Shown here piece after piece: positions 13,401 through 26,033 of a stretch of 64,000 bases of DNA. This DNA is from Balanoglossus misakiensis (taxonomy: Eukaryota > Animalia > Hemichordata), in contig CM082576.2 in NCBI GenBank assembly GCA_040954595.2, forward strand, positions 18,151,028 through 18,215,027. Reading direction: 5' to 3'. Below the pieces are notes generated by a model. The model was not told the DNA's origin, ran no database searches, and saw only the letters and a program-made list of their open reading frames with translations. A program made the position numbers and the translations under genes. The stretch's first letter is position 1; every line of letters begins with the position of its first letter.

Positions 13401-16400
13401 GGTAGGTATCTGTTGCTATGCAAATATTTGCAATCATACCATCCAGATTCTAAAGTTCACAGGTCAAATATATAACTTGTTTACGTGGCCATTTACAACC
13501 AATTCATCATTTTGTGGTTTGTTAAGATTTTCATTACTCTAAATTGGTACTTCCATAAAATGGTTGTAATATTTATTACACATCACGTATTGTTATGCGT
13601 TCCTGGTTGGCTAATACTAAATATGACAGAACTTCATGACCTCTGCACACGTTCTGAGGCTTAAGGAAGTTATTGTCGCGAGTGATGCAGTGTATTCTGT
13701 TGCAGTACTTTCACAAGCCAGCCTATAATTCCCCATCATGTCAATGCCTGGCCAATTAATTACACATCCTCCTGAAAATTGTTGGTAGGTGGGCAATCAA
13801 TTTCCTTGGTTACATCCTGGATGAAACACTGGTACAGGTTCAAGGCAAGTTTAGTGACATTGTGTGATTCCACATCAGAATTTCACATCAACTGTATAAT
13901 ACTCCATTTTTGTGTTTCAGAAAAATCGGTGTCCAGTGGTGATACAAAAGAGGTTGCGATAGTGAAACCTACAACCATAGCAACCACTTCCACTTGTCTA
14001 CAACCACTACCACAACACAGCCACTGAAACCCGCATCAACAGTTACCATGTTTACAGCATCTACCTCCAGTATGACCTCAAATCCTCTCAAATCAACTGT
14101 TGGAAGTTCATCCCCAGGTAAAGTCTCCAGTGTTGCTTCCCAGCCATTGTCAATTTAAGTCCGCACATAATTAGACCACCAAGTGAATTGTGAGATATAG
14201 TAGAATATTGCCATGTTGATCTTCACTACAATATTAGTTAAAGTTATATAGCACTCTGTGATCAACGAGTTGAAAATACAGCATGAGTTTTCGGGGACAT
14301 GTAGTCCCCTTCATCAGATGCACACGTGGAATGAACAGAGAAACAGAGAATCATGGGGTATTCAAAGTAGGAAATATGTGCAGGACCATCTGAGGATGGT
14401 GACTTCATGACCAAAATATTGTGTCCGTGAGCAAGGCACTTTACTTCTCATTGCTCTGAGGAGACTCATGGCTTTGTGTAGGTGATTTGCACCTTTTCTA
14501 GTCTTTCTCTGTGTTTGTGATAGATGAATTACTGTCTTACAGGAAATTTTTGTGAACTTCGTGAGAACCAAAAAATGCGAATTTAAAAAAAAATCATGTA
14601 AAAATATTTTTCAGGGATATTGGTTCAGTTAGTGAAATATGAGAATGCGAAATTTAATTGTAGCATAACAGCTGTCTCTTAGGATTATGCGAACATTTCC
14701 TGTCACAGAAATTTTCTGTTTTACAGTATATAAATAAATCAAGTAGATCTTTTTACTGCAGATGCTACACCAACAATTCATCTGTTACCTGGACGACCAA
14801 GTCAAATTGGAAGTCAGTCTCCACAACAACTGTCGTCCTCTCAACAGAAACTGATTCAACCAAGTCAGCCCCAGATGCAGGGCCAAGGTCAAAGGTCATC
14901 AATGCCTTTTGCCCAGCCTACCAGTTTACCAAACCAACCAGTATCCACTGTTACAGCAAACAGGACTCAACAACCCAATGTGACTGTTTCAAGTATCCCC
15001 ATGAGACAATTTTGTCCACCCAGGTACAGTTGTGGTCTACCTTCTACTTTTTGAGATTCAAATTAGCTGTTTCTAGTTACCCATCCTGTGAATTGAAAGC
15101 TTTTTATGACTGTTTCACATAGCCTTGTCTTACCATTGTCTACACAGTAGACTATTTATTTTCAAAACACATTCAAAACGTCTGTTTTGGTTGCAAAAAA
15201 GCCACTCTGTAAATGGAAAGACTCTTTGGATAATGCCACAGACTCATTAATCAAATTCAATTTTTAATGAGATTAATGTTGATAAGCTCTAATGTGGGTA
15301 TGTGTGTTGAAAATAGGACTTTGAGAGTTGCAAGCTCAACATCGAATCAAAAATTGAAGTCATGAATTAAAAAATGTGGTTTTGAATACTGGCCTTGATA
15401 ATGCTTCATATTAACTAGGTTTGTTACTCTTTTTGGACAGGCAACTTCACCACCAAAGATGACTTCCCAGCATGCACCAGCTGCTGCACTGAAAGCCACA
15501 GAGGGTGTCATGCAAATGGCAAATGCTAGTCAGTTCAGTAAGATGCCACCAATTGCTGCTGTGAATTCTATCAACTCACAGCCAGAGCAGAGATGGCCAG
15601 GTACAGATTCACAGCCACAAAGAGGTAGGTACAGTCAAACCTGTCTATACTGGCCAGTCAAGGGACTTCCAAAACTGACATTTATAGACAGGTGGCTTCT
15701 ATAGACAGGTCAATAAATGTGCAATGTACATGTACATGAAATGAAACAAAGTTGCCACTACATAGAGGTTGCAACAAACACATAGTTGACTGTCATATAT
15801 GTTATGTTGCCATGGCAGTCATTTACCATGAGTTCGATTATACATTGCCAAAACCGGAGGAAACAAATATTCAAGTTCCCCTTTTCATATTCTCCATCAA
15901 TGGTATAATACGCCAGTGTCATGACCACACACAACTTCCACCCTGCTTGTAGCCACGAGAGTGAAAAAAAACCTCACCAATATGAACAATCGGTCTCTAT
16001 CATTTATTCATTTTGGGCGAGTTCTTATGCTCATATCATTAAAGCGGGATGGAAATTGTGTTTGGTTGAACATTCATTCACTACATATACATATGTACAT
16101 TAATATAAAATGTCTCTTGTATCAAACATAATGGAAAAAAGGGCAGCAAGAGAGAGACTTTGTCCCTTTAATAGAAATGTGCATGTAATATTTTATTCAA
16201 ACCATCACTTCTGTCTTGAACAATCTTTCCTTAATAGAGTGGTGTACTGATTAGAGAGATGTCTTATTGACAGGTTTCACTGTATTACCAACATTTTCAG
16301 TTCCATAATCCTTCAGTGTTTGCCAGAGAATTCGACAGCAGTCAAAAACTTTCTCTGCCATACTCACAATAAGAGAAAGCTTGCACCTTTGTTTTACTGT

Positions 16401-19400
16401 TAAATTACCATACCACAAAAAAAACAGGTTGTTTTTGCGAGCAATACATTTTTCGCGAAATATGCGAGAACCAACAAACGTGAAAATAAAAAGTCGCGTA
16501 AAATGTTTTTCGGAGATAAAGATGCAATGAAATACGAGAATGTGAAAATTAATCCTCGCGTAACAGTTTGGTCTTTTAATGTCGCGAAAAATTTCCTTTC
16601 ATGAAAATAATCCGTTTTACAGTCCGGTAATATTGAAGGTCAGAATGCTTTTGATGAGAGAACAATACACCAGTTGCAAAGTATCTTGACAAACATGAAA
16701 TGATTGAATTCTCTGAAGAAGATATAATCTCGCAGTTGGTGTGTTGTTTCCTCATCAAAAGCATTCTGACCTTCAATATTATTCTGTTGAGCTATACATG
16801 CAATCTAGTCTATATATGTTCAGAGGTGATTATATCATCCATAATAGATCCTAAATACTAAAAGAGCATAAAATGACTGCGACAGATACTTTGTAAGTTG
16901 TAACAGGTGGGAAATAAGAATTTGGATAACACAGTATTTTGGCTATTGTTGGGGAGCATGAATGAGTGATTTTGGAACCCCATGTAACACCTGTCTTACC
17001 ATTAATATGACTGCATTGATGGTACCATGAGGAATGCTAGTAAAATGACTGGGGAACCCTGGTTACATTACCCTGATCATCGTTATGGTTCAGTCCAACA
17101 GCATTGTTTTCTATGTTAAGGTTGGACCTCTGAAGAGGAAATTGGGGTGGAAGGGTTAGAAAAAACACTGACTGACAATACTGCCAATAACGAAATATTG
17201 TTTTTCTCTTCTCTTTGCATACAGCACACAACAACAGAAACATTGTATATTGATCTGCAACTCTCCTCCACATCCCTTGCCAAGTCAAGATAGTATTAAT
17301 TACAGTGAATTGACTGCAGATCAATTGACTGCCATGTTGGGTAAGGTAAGCGATATAAAACATTTCATACAACACTGCCTACTAACAATAGTCATATCAA
17401 TCTGACAAGGGAAGATGAAAACAAAACATCTTTTCAAACTAGCTTACTGTTTGGACCAATTTCATTAAGCCCCATTTAACAGGAATTCTGGTTTTATAAT
17501 TAACTTTGATTGATTGACATGTGTTTTACATCTAAATGCATCGCTTTGGGAACATTTTCTAGTATGTATGAGATTATTAAATTGAACTTGTATATTTGCT
17601 GAGGGCAACTAAATTTTCAGTAAAGATGAGGAATGCTCAATGTTTTGATTGTCTTCAAAATGATGACAACAACTCAAGTCTCAAAAACTCTTTGTTTTGA
17701 ATTTTGAATTGTTTTTGTTGCATCAGTAACGACTTCACATGTGGATGCCACATTTGATTCTTAGCAAATGTTGTATTTTGACAGAGAGGAGTCCATTCCT
17801 CAATCATATCACCCCGCAAACGGCCTGAACTCCAAAAACTTAGCGACAAAGCGTGAAATACAGATGGTACCTATGAAGGATTATGCGGCTGATCCACACC
17901 ACATGATACTTCTCAAAGGTAAACAACTTGCTGGTAGGTATCTGTTGCTATGCAAATATTTGCAATCATACCATCCAGATTCTAAAGTTCACAGGTCAAA
18001 TATATAACTTGTTTACGTGGCCATTTACAACCAATTCATCATTTTGTGGTTTGTTAAGATTTTCATTACTCTAAATTGGTACTTCCATAAAATGGTTGTA
18101 ATATTTATTACACATCACGTATTGTTATGCGTTCCTGGTTGGCTAATACTAAATATGACAGAACTTCATGACCTCTGCACACGTTCTGAGGCTTAAGGAA
18201 GTTATTGTCGCGAGTGATGCAGTGTATTCTGTTGCAGTACTTTCACAAGCCAGCCTATAATTCCCCATCATGTCAATGCCTGGCCAATTAATTACACATC
18301 CTCCTGAAAATTGTTGGTAGGTGGGCAATCAATTTCCTTGGTTACATCCTGGATGAAACACTGGTACAGGTTCAAGGCAAGTTTAGTGACATTGTGTGAT
18401 TCCACATCAGAATTTCACATCAACTGTATAATACTCCATTTTTGTGTTTCAGAAAAATCGGTGTCCAGTGGTGATACAAAAGAGGTTGCGATAGTGAAAC
18501 CTACAACCATAGCAACCACTTCCACTTGTCTACAACCACTACCACAACACAGCCACTGAAACCCGCATCAACAGTTACCATGTTTACAGCATCTACCTCC
18601 AGTATGACCTCAAATCCTCTCAAATCAACTGTTGGAAGTTCATCCCCAGGTAAAGTCTCCAGTGTTGCTTCCCAGCCATTGTCAATTTAAGTCCGCACAT
18701 AATTAGACCACCAAGTGAATTGTGAGATATAGTAGAATATTGCCATGTTGATCTTCACTACAATATTAGTTAAAGTTATATAGCACTCTGTGATCAACGA
18801 GTTGAAAATACAGCATGAGTTTTCGGGGACATGTAGTCCCCTTCATCAGATGCACACGTGGAATGAACAGAGAAACAGAGAATCATGGGGTATTCAAAGT
18901 AGGAAATATGTGCAGGACCATCTGAGGATGGTGACTTCATGACCAAAATATTGTGTCCGTGAGCAAGGCACTTTACTTCTCATTGCTCTGAGGAGACTCA
19001 TGGCTTTGTGTAGGTGATTTGCACCTTTTCTAGTCTTTCTCTGTGTTTGTGATAGATGAATTACTGTCTTACAGGAAATTTTTGTGAACTTCGTGAGAAC
19101 CAAAAAATGCGAATTTAAAAAAAAATCATGTAAAAATATTTTTCAGGGATATTGGTTCAGTTAGTGAAATATGAGAATGCGAAATTTAATTGTAGCATAA
19201 CAGCTGTCTCTTAGGATTATGCGAACATTTCCTGTCACAGAAATTTTCTGTTTTACAGTATATAAATAAATCAAGTAGATCTTTTTACTGCAGATGCTAC
19301 ACCAACAATTCATCTGTTACCTGGACGACCAAGTCAAATTGGAAGTCAGTCTCCACAACAACTGTCGTCCTCTCAACAGAAACTGATTCAACCAAGTCAG

Positions 19401-20805
19401 CCCCAGATGCAGGGCCAAGGTCAAAGGTCATCAATGCCTTTTGCCCAGCCTACCAGTTTACCAAACCAACCAGTATCCACTGTTACAGCAAACAGGACTC
19501 AACAACCCAATGTGACTGTTTCAAGTATCCCCATGAGACAATTTTGTCCACCCAGGTACAGTTGTGGTCTACCTTCTACTTTTTGAGATTCAAATTAGCT
19601 GTTTCTAGTTACCCATCCTGTGAATTGAAAGCTTTTTATGACTGTATCGCATAGCCTTGTCTTACCATTGTCTACACAGTAGACTATTTATTTTCAAAAC
19701 ACATTCAAAACGTCTGTTTTGGTTGCAAAAAAGCCACTCTGTAAATGGAAAGACTCTTTGGATAATGCCACAGACTCATTAATCAAATTCAATTTTTAAT
19801 GAGATTAATGTTGATAAGCTCTAATGTGGGTATGTGTGTTGAAAATAGGACTTTGAGAGTTGCAAGCTCAACATCGAATCAAAAATTGAAGTCATGAATT
19901 AAAAAATGTGGTTTTGAATACTGGCCTTGATAATGCTTCATATTAACTAGGTTTGTTACTCTTTTTGGACAGGCAACTTTACCACCAAAGATGACTTCCC
20001 AGCATGCACCAGCTGCTGCACTGAAAGCCACAGAGGGTGTCATGCAAATGGCAAATGCTAGTCAGTTCAGTAAGATGCCACCAATTGCTGCTGTGAATTC
20101 TATCAACTCACAGCCACAGCAGAGATGGCCAGGTACAGATTCACAGCCACTGTCTACAGTGGCCAGTCAAGGGACTTTCCTAAACTGGCATTTATAGACA
20201 GGTGGCTTCTATAGATAGGTCAGTTAATGTACAATGTACATGTACATGAAATGAAACAAAGTTGCCACTATAATAGAGGTGGCCACAAACACAGATTTGA
20301 CTGTCATATATGTTATGTTGCCATGGCAGTCATTTACCATTAGTTTGAATATACTTTGCCAAAACCTGAGGAAAAAATATTCAAGTTCCCCTTTTCGTAT
20401 TCCCCTATCAATGGTATAATACAACAGTGTCATGGTAAAATTTTGTGACATTTTTGCTAACTGCTAAAGCCCATGTAACATTGTTTTTTTCAGTATTTTT
20501 CAGCGAAGGAATTAACCCTAGTTTCTTGTTCTGCTATGGATAGCTTTATGAAATGTTCAGTCTTTAGCTTCTATACAAAACTTGTACATGAGTAATGGCC
20601 ATTGGGAATATTAAATGAACTCAGACGAGAATTCATTTTTCAACAATAACAATGCTGATCAATATATAAAACGCCTTTGTTTGAAAACCAAACTCTGAAT
20701 AAATTCTAAATGTTTTACAGAGTAGAATAAAGTATTACAGCTGATATCCAAAGTTAACGTTGAAGTTATTGACGTTTTAATACTACTGTGTTTACTTATC
20801 AGCAG

Positions 20806-20954
20806 GTATGCAGTCAACAATGCGAACAGGAGTGCAGTCAACACAACCGACAGTACCTAATGTGAGCGACAGCAAAAATCCACCTGTCACCACTGGCACC
20901 AATGTTGTTCCAACTCTGACACAGCCACAAGTACATGTACAAAACCAGTCATTG
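20806..20954 (+). pseudogene. Linker exon GMQSTMRTGVQSTQPTVPN...QNQSL, last MED25-like exon before the EGF block
   Basis: NAGNAG acceptor (cagcag), open frame, gtatgt donor; its phase-1 start matches the previous exon. Confidence 0.55.
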
Positions 20955-21476
20955 GTATGTTATGTTATGAGCTGAGTTATAATACCCACCTATCCCTTTT
21001 GCCTGGCAAGTGACAGTTTATCACTTTTCAGTATTTCAATGGAACTGTATTTGGATAATTTGTTACCTAACATGACATCAGAAGATGGCAGCTTGATGTC
21101 TTAACTGAGGACATTGGATGACCAGTAGATGAAGATTTTCTTTGATATCAATGACATCAGACGCAGTTCCGTTGGCATGCAAATTTCCAGCTGACGGGGA
21201 ATTTCAGCAACGTGGTGCAAATGACGACTGTGCAGATGAATACCAAGATGCTGTTGAGGCACCATGCCTGATACATATTACCTGTCTGGTGGTTCTAAAG
21301 TATAAACACATCCGGAAAAAAATATTTTACGGGATACCAATTGAGACAAATTATTCCCATCTTGTTATAAATCTGAGCCCAGGTGTCTTTGGTGTGAGAT
21401 TCCAGTAGTCAAGAGTAGGCTTACCTTGAATAATGTAATGCTTGTAAATAATTTCTAATTTCTTCTTACCCTCCAG

Positions 21477-21595
21477 ATATGAATGTCACAGTGGTGGAAA
21501 TGCGTGCCAACACTATTGTCAGAATACCCATGGTAGTTATCGGTGCGCTTGCAGACCAGGATTCTATCTGCTGGAGGATGGCCATGCATGTGGCG
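21477..21595 (+). pseudogene. cbEGF exon E1, copy a (4-nt deletion, frameshift)
   Basis: ...CHSGGNACQHYCQNTHGSYRCACRPGFYLLEDGHAC; ctccag/gtatgt boundaries; 119 nt versus 123 nt in paralogues. Confidence 0.85.
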
Positions 21596-23169
21596 GTATG
21601 TAACTGGATATTGATCTCTTCTGTGGCTACACTGTTTGGGGATTGTATATTGCTATGGTTACAATCAGCTAAACACACATCCTGTCAGTCCATTGCACAC
21701 ATTTTAAAATTTGAAATCAACCGCACACTCGTACTGAACACATGTTTGTTGAAATTGTATCTCAGAATTTTTCCAATTATAATCATGCATAATATAAACA
21801 AATTAACAAATGTGAAAACTTATCTTTGAAAATTTGTTTGCAAGGGTGAAAAAGTAATCTGTTTTTTTAAAAATCAGACAAAGTTTTGCTGACAGGGTAC
21901 ACGAGTTTCAGGGGATTTTGTTAAAATGAGAATGATAGAGAGTGTTAAAATTCCTAGATTCTGAGATTGCCATGGATATTGTGGACTTTGACGTAAAAAC
22001 AATTAATTGATCAAGAAATATGTGGTTAAGTATATGTGTGATCAACCTCACACTATACTATAAGACTGTCTGATATATTTATGCACAAGTACAATGTATT
22101 TTCACTACTTATATGCATAACTCAATCAAATTAACATAATTTATCGACCTATAGCTAAATAAATTACCACAGCAAAGAATAAATATACACTTAGAAAATT
22201 CATATAGTTTTCATCTCATTTTAAAGACATTATAAATGCTTCTCCGAGGGGTACAGTAATTTTTAGGGTAAGCCTAATTCAAGATTCACGTTTCAAGATT
22301 CACGTTTCACGTTCCACAGCCCAAGATTCATATTCTGATTCAGATTCCAGTCTTGTCTAATATGTTTATGCTGCCGTAAACAGGGGTGCGTACGATTGTT
22401 TATTGTCCTCGATCCCTGCCCAAGCAAGGTTCCCCAAATATTCTGTTCGATTATCGCGTGACGTTATTGTTGGGTATCTCTTCAAGTTCAGTTTCAACAA
22501 CATTTTTCAAAGAGAGATGCACCCTATTTATTATTTTCTAACACATGAATGACCCTAGGCCTGAGATCGCACCATGGCCGGCAATCTTGGTATTCACAGA
22601 TACTTTTAAGCGTAATTCTGATATAATTGATAGGTTTAGGTATATTTTACAACCAATAACTTAAGCAAAGGACTAATTCCTATATTCTGAATCAAGTGAA
22701 AGTAATCCCTTACCAAACCTGCAGCTCTGCAAAGAGCTGCTGAAAAGCTGAGGCAGCTCTGCAGAAACAGACATCCTGCAGCCTAATCCATAGAGCTGCA
22801 GAGAGCTGAATTGGTGAATATATAATGAGCTTATGAGCTACATGGGCAGTCAGCCTACAGCTCTTGGACAGACCCCTCACAGACAACCCACAGCTCAGGG
22901 GCAGACAATCCACAGCTCATGGGCAGACATCACAGCTCATGTCATGACAGCTCATACATACATACACACACACACTTACTCACACAATGTGAAAAAACAG
23001 TCAATACAATTAATGTTCAATAAAACTAAAATTCAATATATTGCTAATTGTAAACTTTAAGTTCTTTTGTACAGTACAGTAACAATAAAATGAAGGATAA
23101 AATGATAGAGCTACATAGAGTATAGTTCCACTAGCCATGTACAAACACTTGTAATCTAAAGTTCGATGG

Positions 23170-23320
23170 AGTGTACAATAGACTCTGTTTATTGGTATTT
23201 TATGCGGGTACGAGGCTGGGTCCTGGTACGAGGCTGTGTCACTTGACCAGCATCTTCTCATAGCTGTTGTCGCCGAGAAACCCTCCTTCCCGCCAGTGTG
23301 TGTTTGTAAAAATTTTCTTT
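23170..23320 (+). repeat. Split direct repeat A1
   Basis: Matches 31597-31765 except for an 18-bp internal duplication in A2. Confidence 0.95.
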
Positions 23321-23323
23321 ACC

Positions 23324-24322
23324 ATGGTAGAAAGCGGTCATAATTACTGGTTTGTTGAGTGGTGTGAAACGAAACATCTGTCAAAGGACACGATCGACAA
23401 GTTGACTACAGAACAAATCACCTCGACGGAAATCTTGAAAACCATACAAGAACAGGACATTGTTGACCTCGAACTGCCCCTTGGCCAACGGAGTCTACTA
23501 AGACGGGTAATACGAGATATGTCCGATAACCCGACCGGAGTAAAACGACAAGAACCAAACGGCGGCGGGAAGGAGGAGGTGACATCGCCGGTGACGACCA
23601 AGTCCCTTGCCAAAGACAAAATCCTCAACGAATTGATGGAGTCTTTAGGGAACGACGCACTGAAAGATGTGTTGGAAAGTGGCGCCAAAACAAGTCCCGC
23701 GCACCCTGAACACGCTAAAGGTGAGAGAAAGCCGCTTCTTATCCCCGACTTCATCACATATGGCAAAGGCGTTATTGAACCATGCGATGAAACAGAACTA
23801 GTGAGTGATGGAAATACCAAACTTGTGGTGCGCACCACGAAATCACGCCCCAAGCCAGAACAAATATCCCTCGCCCAGTGGGTCTCGGCAAACGCACGTA
23901 TCATGAAAAAGGGAATCGAAGCAGGTGATATGTCAAGCGAGGAAATCATGGGTTACCTGAACCACACCATTAACATCGGGGACTATGCCCAGACCTTTAC
24001 GGTGCCCTCAGTGATGACATACGATAATGAATATCGTAAGAAGCAGGCATCAACAAAATCCAAGTGGGGTGGAGTGTATTTGCACCTTTCCCTGTATTAC
24101 TTGGATAGACGTCAGCCACCCTTACAGACAGGTAAACGCCAACAACAGAGACCACGCCAACAGGATCGCAGCGGCAGAGAAATATGCTACGACTACCAAA
24201 AGGCAGCAGGTTGCCAACGAACCTCGTGTCGGTTCGCACACATTTGCATTGAAAAAGGATGTGGCAAAGACCACCCACAGTTCCAACATGGCGACCCACA
24301 CTTGAATTCTACACAACCATAG
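23324..24322 (+). CDS. Gag-like ORF with SAM-like N-terminus and C-terminal Cys/His zinc fingers
   Basis: accATGG immediately after A1; YDNEYRKKQ...W DIRS/Ngaro gag motif; CYDYQKAAGCQRTSCRFAH (CCCH) followed by CIEKGCGKDH. Confidence 0.88.
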   Translation: MVESGHNYWFVEWCETKHLSKDTIDKLTTEQITSTEILKTIQEQDIVDLELPLGQRSLLRRVIRDMSDNPTGVKRQEPNGGGKEEVTSPVTTKSLAKDKILNELMESLGNDALKDVLESGAKTSPAHPEHAKGERKPLLIPDFITYGKGVIEPCDETELVSDGNTKLVVRTTKSRPKPEQISLAQWVSANARIMKKGIEAGDMSSEEIMGYLNHTINIGDYAQTFTVPSVMTYDNEYRKKQASTKSKWGGVYLHLSLYYLDRRQPPLQTGKRQQQRPRQQDRSGREICYDYQKAAGCQRTSCRFAHICIEKGCGKDHPQFQHGDPHLNSTQP

Positions 24323-25874
24323 GATGAGGACTCTAGCCCACTGACTACATGTTATGATGTGTGGGAGCGGGAACTTTCTGCAGATTCGGATAGAGACTTT
24401 ATTTTACATGGATTGCACTATGGGTTTGATATTATTGACCCAGGTAGCCCCCTGACACCAATCGATCAGACTAACTATCAGTCCGCCACTTCAAGTAAAC
24501 TCAGGAGTGCAGTAGAAAGACAGTTGCGTGAGGAAATCACAAAAGGCAACTATGTTGTCACACCTCGCAAGCCGATGTTGATCAGTAGTCTTGGCGCCAT
24601 CGAAAAATCAGAACCAGGCAAAATCAGACTCATTCATGATTGCAGCAGGCCAATTGGCAAAGGCTTGAACTCAAAGGCCACAACAGAGTCCTTCAAATAT
24701 GAATCAATCGACTCGGCAGTCAAACTGTGCAAAAAGAATTCATACATGGCAAAAATTGACTTGAAATCGGCTTACAGACATGTACCAAACAGCAAAGACT
24801 CTCAAAGGGCTACAGGGTTGAAGTATCAGTTTGCGGGCGATGAAACTTGGACATACATGGTCGACACCAGACTGCCGTTTGGAGCAGCAAAAAGTCCGGA
24901 AATATTCAATAGAATTGCCCAGAGTGTGGTTCGTATGATGCACAGACGAGGCTACAAAGCAACTATTGTGTACTTAGATGACTTCCTGATCATAGCAGAT
25001 TGTGAAGCTGTGTGTGAACAGGCTTTCCAGACACTACTGCAGCTATTGCGGGAACTGGGTTTTGCAGTGAATCAGCAGAAGGTTGTGGCTCCCACACTAC
25101 GTTTAACATTCTTAGGAATTCAGATAGACAGCGCCAAACAAACCCTCGCGTTAGATGACAAAAAACTTGCAGACCTGAAGCTATGTCTTTCCATGTGGGA
25201 TGGAAAGAAGCGTGCAACTAAGCGTGAATTGCAGCAACTTATTGGCAAACTTAATTGGGCGGCCAAAGTTGTACGCGGCGGGCGTACATTTTTACGCAGT
25301 TTGATTGACTTGATGGCCACGGTGCGTCAACAGCACCACCATGTGCGGCTCAACCAACAGGCGAAAGCGGACATCAGATGGTGGAATGACCTGTGCAAAG
25401 TGTTTAATGGTACGGCGTTTTTCATCGAAAAGTATCCGTTGCCCATGCAGGAATTTTCTACTGATGCGTGTGTTACAAGCGGCGGTGGTTACTTTGGAAA
25501 AGACTGGTTTTACACCAATTGGCAGGCAGATTTTCCGGAACTTGCAGACTGTCATATCACATTAAAGGAACTCTTTGCTGTCATCATTGCTTGCAAGCGC
25601 TGGCATCCATTTTGGAAAAACAAACATGTGATCGTGTATACAGACAATATGGCCACTATGTACATGATCAATTCTGGCACTAGCCATAATAAGTTGGCTA
25701 TGACATGGTTACGTACTTTATTTTGGCTGTCGGCAACCTCAAATTTTTATATAACCGCTCTTTATATACCATCAGGTCAGAATCTGGCTGACCCTTTGTC
25801 AAGACTTCATGAGATAAAGCATTATTTCAAAGCAATGGCATTTTTTAAATCCAATGCAATGGCAGGTACTTTTA
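24323..25874 (+). CDS. Reverse transcriptase/RNase H; the C-terminal tail continues at 30403-30505 after the LINE
   Basis: RLIHDCS, KIDLKSAYRHV, LPFG, YLDDF; RNase H motifs TDAC, HITLKEL, YTDN, NLADPLSR; same frame as gag. Confidence 0.93.
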
Positions 25875-26033
25875 ACCATTAAACACTTTGCACAGGTCAT
25901 TCCACCATCTGCTGATAACTCTGGTGACGAGGAAGATTCGAAGTAGGAGTAAAATTCCTGCATGGGCAACGGATGCTTTTCGATGAAAAACGCCGTACCA
26001 TTAAACACTTTGCACAGGTCATTCCACCATCTG

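Larger units (their letters stand above)
1862..20434 (+). repeat. Tandem segmental array of 4 units: 1862-6857 (diverged), 6858-11391, 11392-15923, 15924-20434
   Basis: Identical ORFs recur at +4534 and +4532; the junction tgtcatg|accacacacaac recurs at 6857/6858, 11391/11392 and 15923/15924; units 2-4 differ by only scattered substitutions until the last ~290 bp. Confidence 0.97.

Noticed and set aside
6686-19103. Recurrent 60-112 aa ORFs that look conserved across copies
   Set aside because: They recur only because of the recent tandem duplication; they are intronic or MITE sequence with no motifs.
22720-22960. Short recurring cagctc motifs resembling a CRISPR-like or regular array
   Set aside because: Irregular spacing, 6-7 bp only, mirrored at the other end of the element: CACTA-type subterminal repeats in a eukaryotic context.
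23267-23323. TTG-initiated extension of gag in the ORF track
   Set aside because: It lies inside terminal repeat A1; the ATG at 23324 in good Kozak context is the plausible start.
23344-23949. 201-aa antisense ORF, and the 184-aa antisense ORF at 25897-26451
   Set aside because: These are shadows of the sense coding frames; Ser/Leu-rich with no motifs.
25973-26033. Apparent N-terminus of LINE ORF1 (MLFDEKRRTIKHFAQVIPPS)
   Set aside because: It is the inverted copy of the Ngaro RT/RNase H segment 25375-25462, not LINE sequence.
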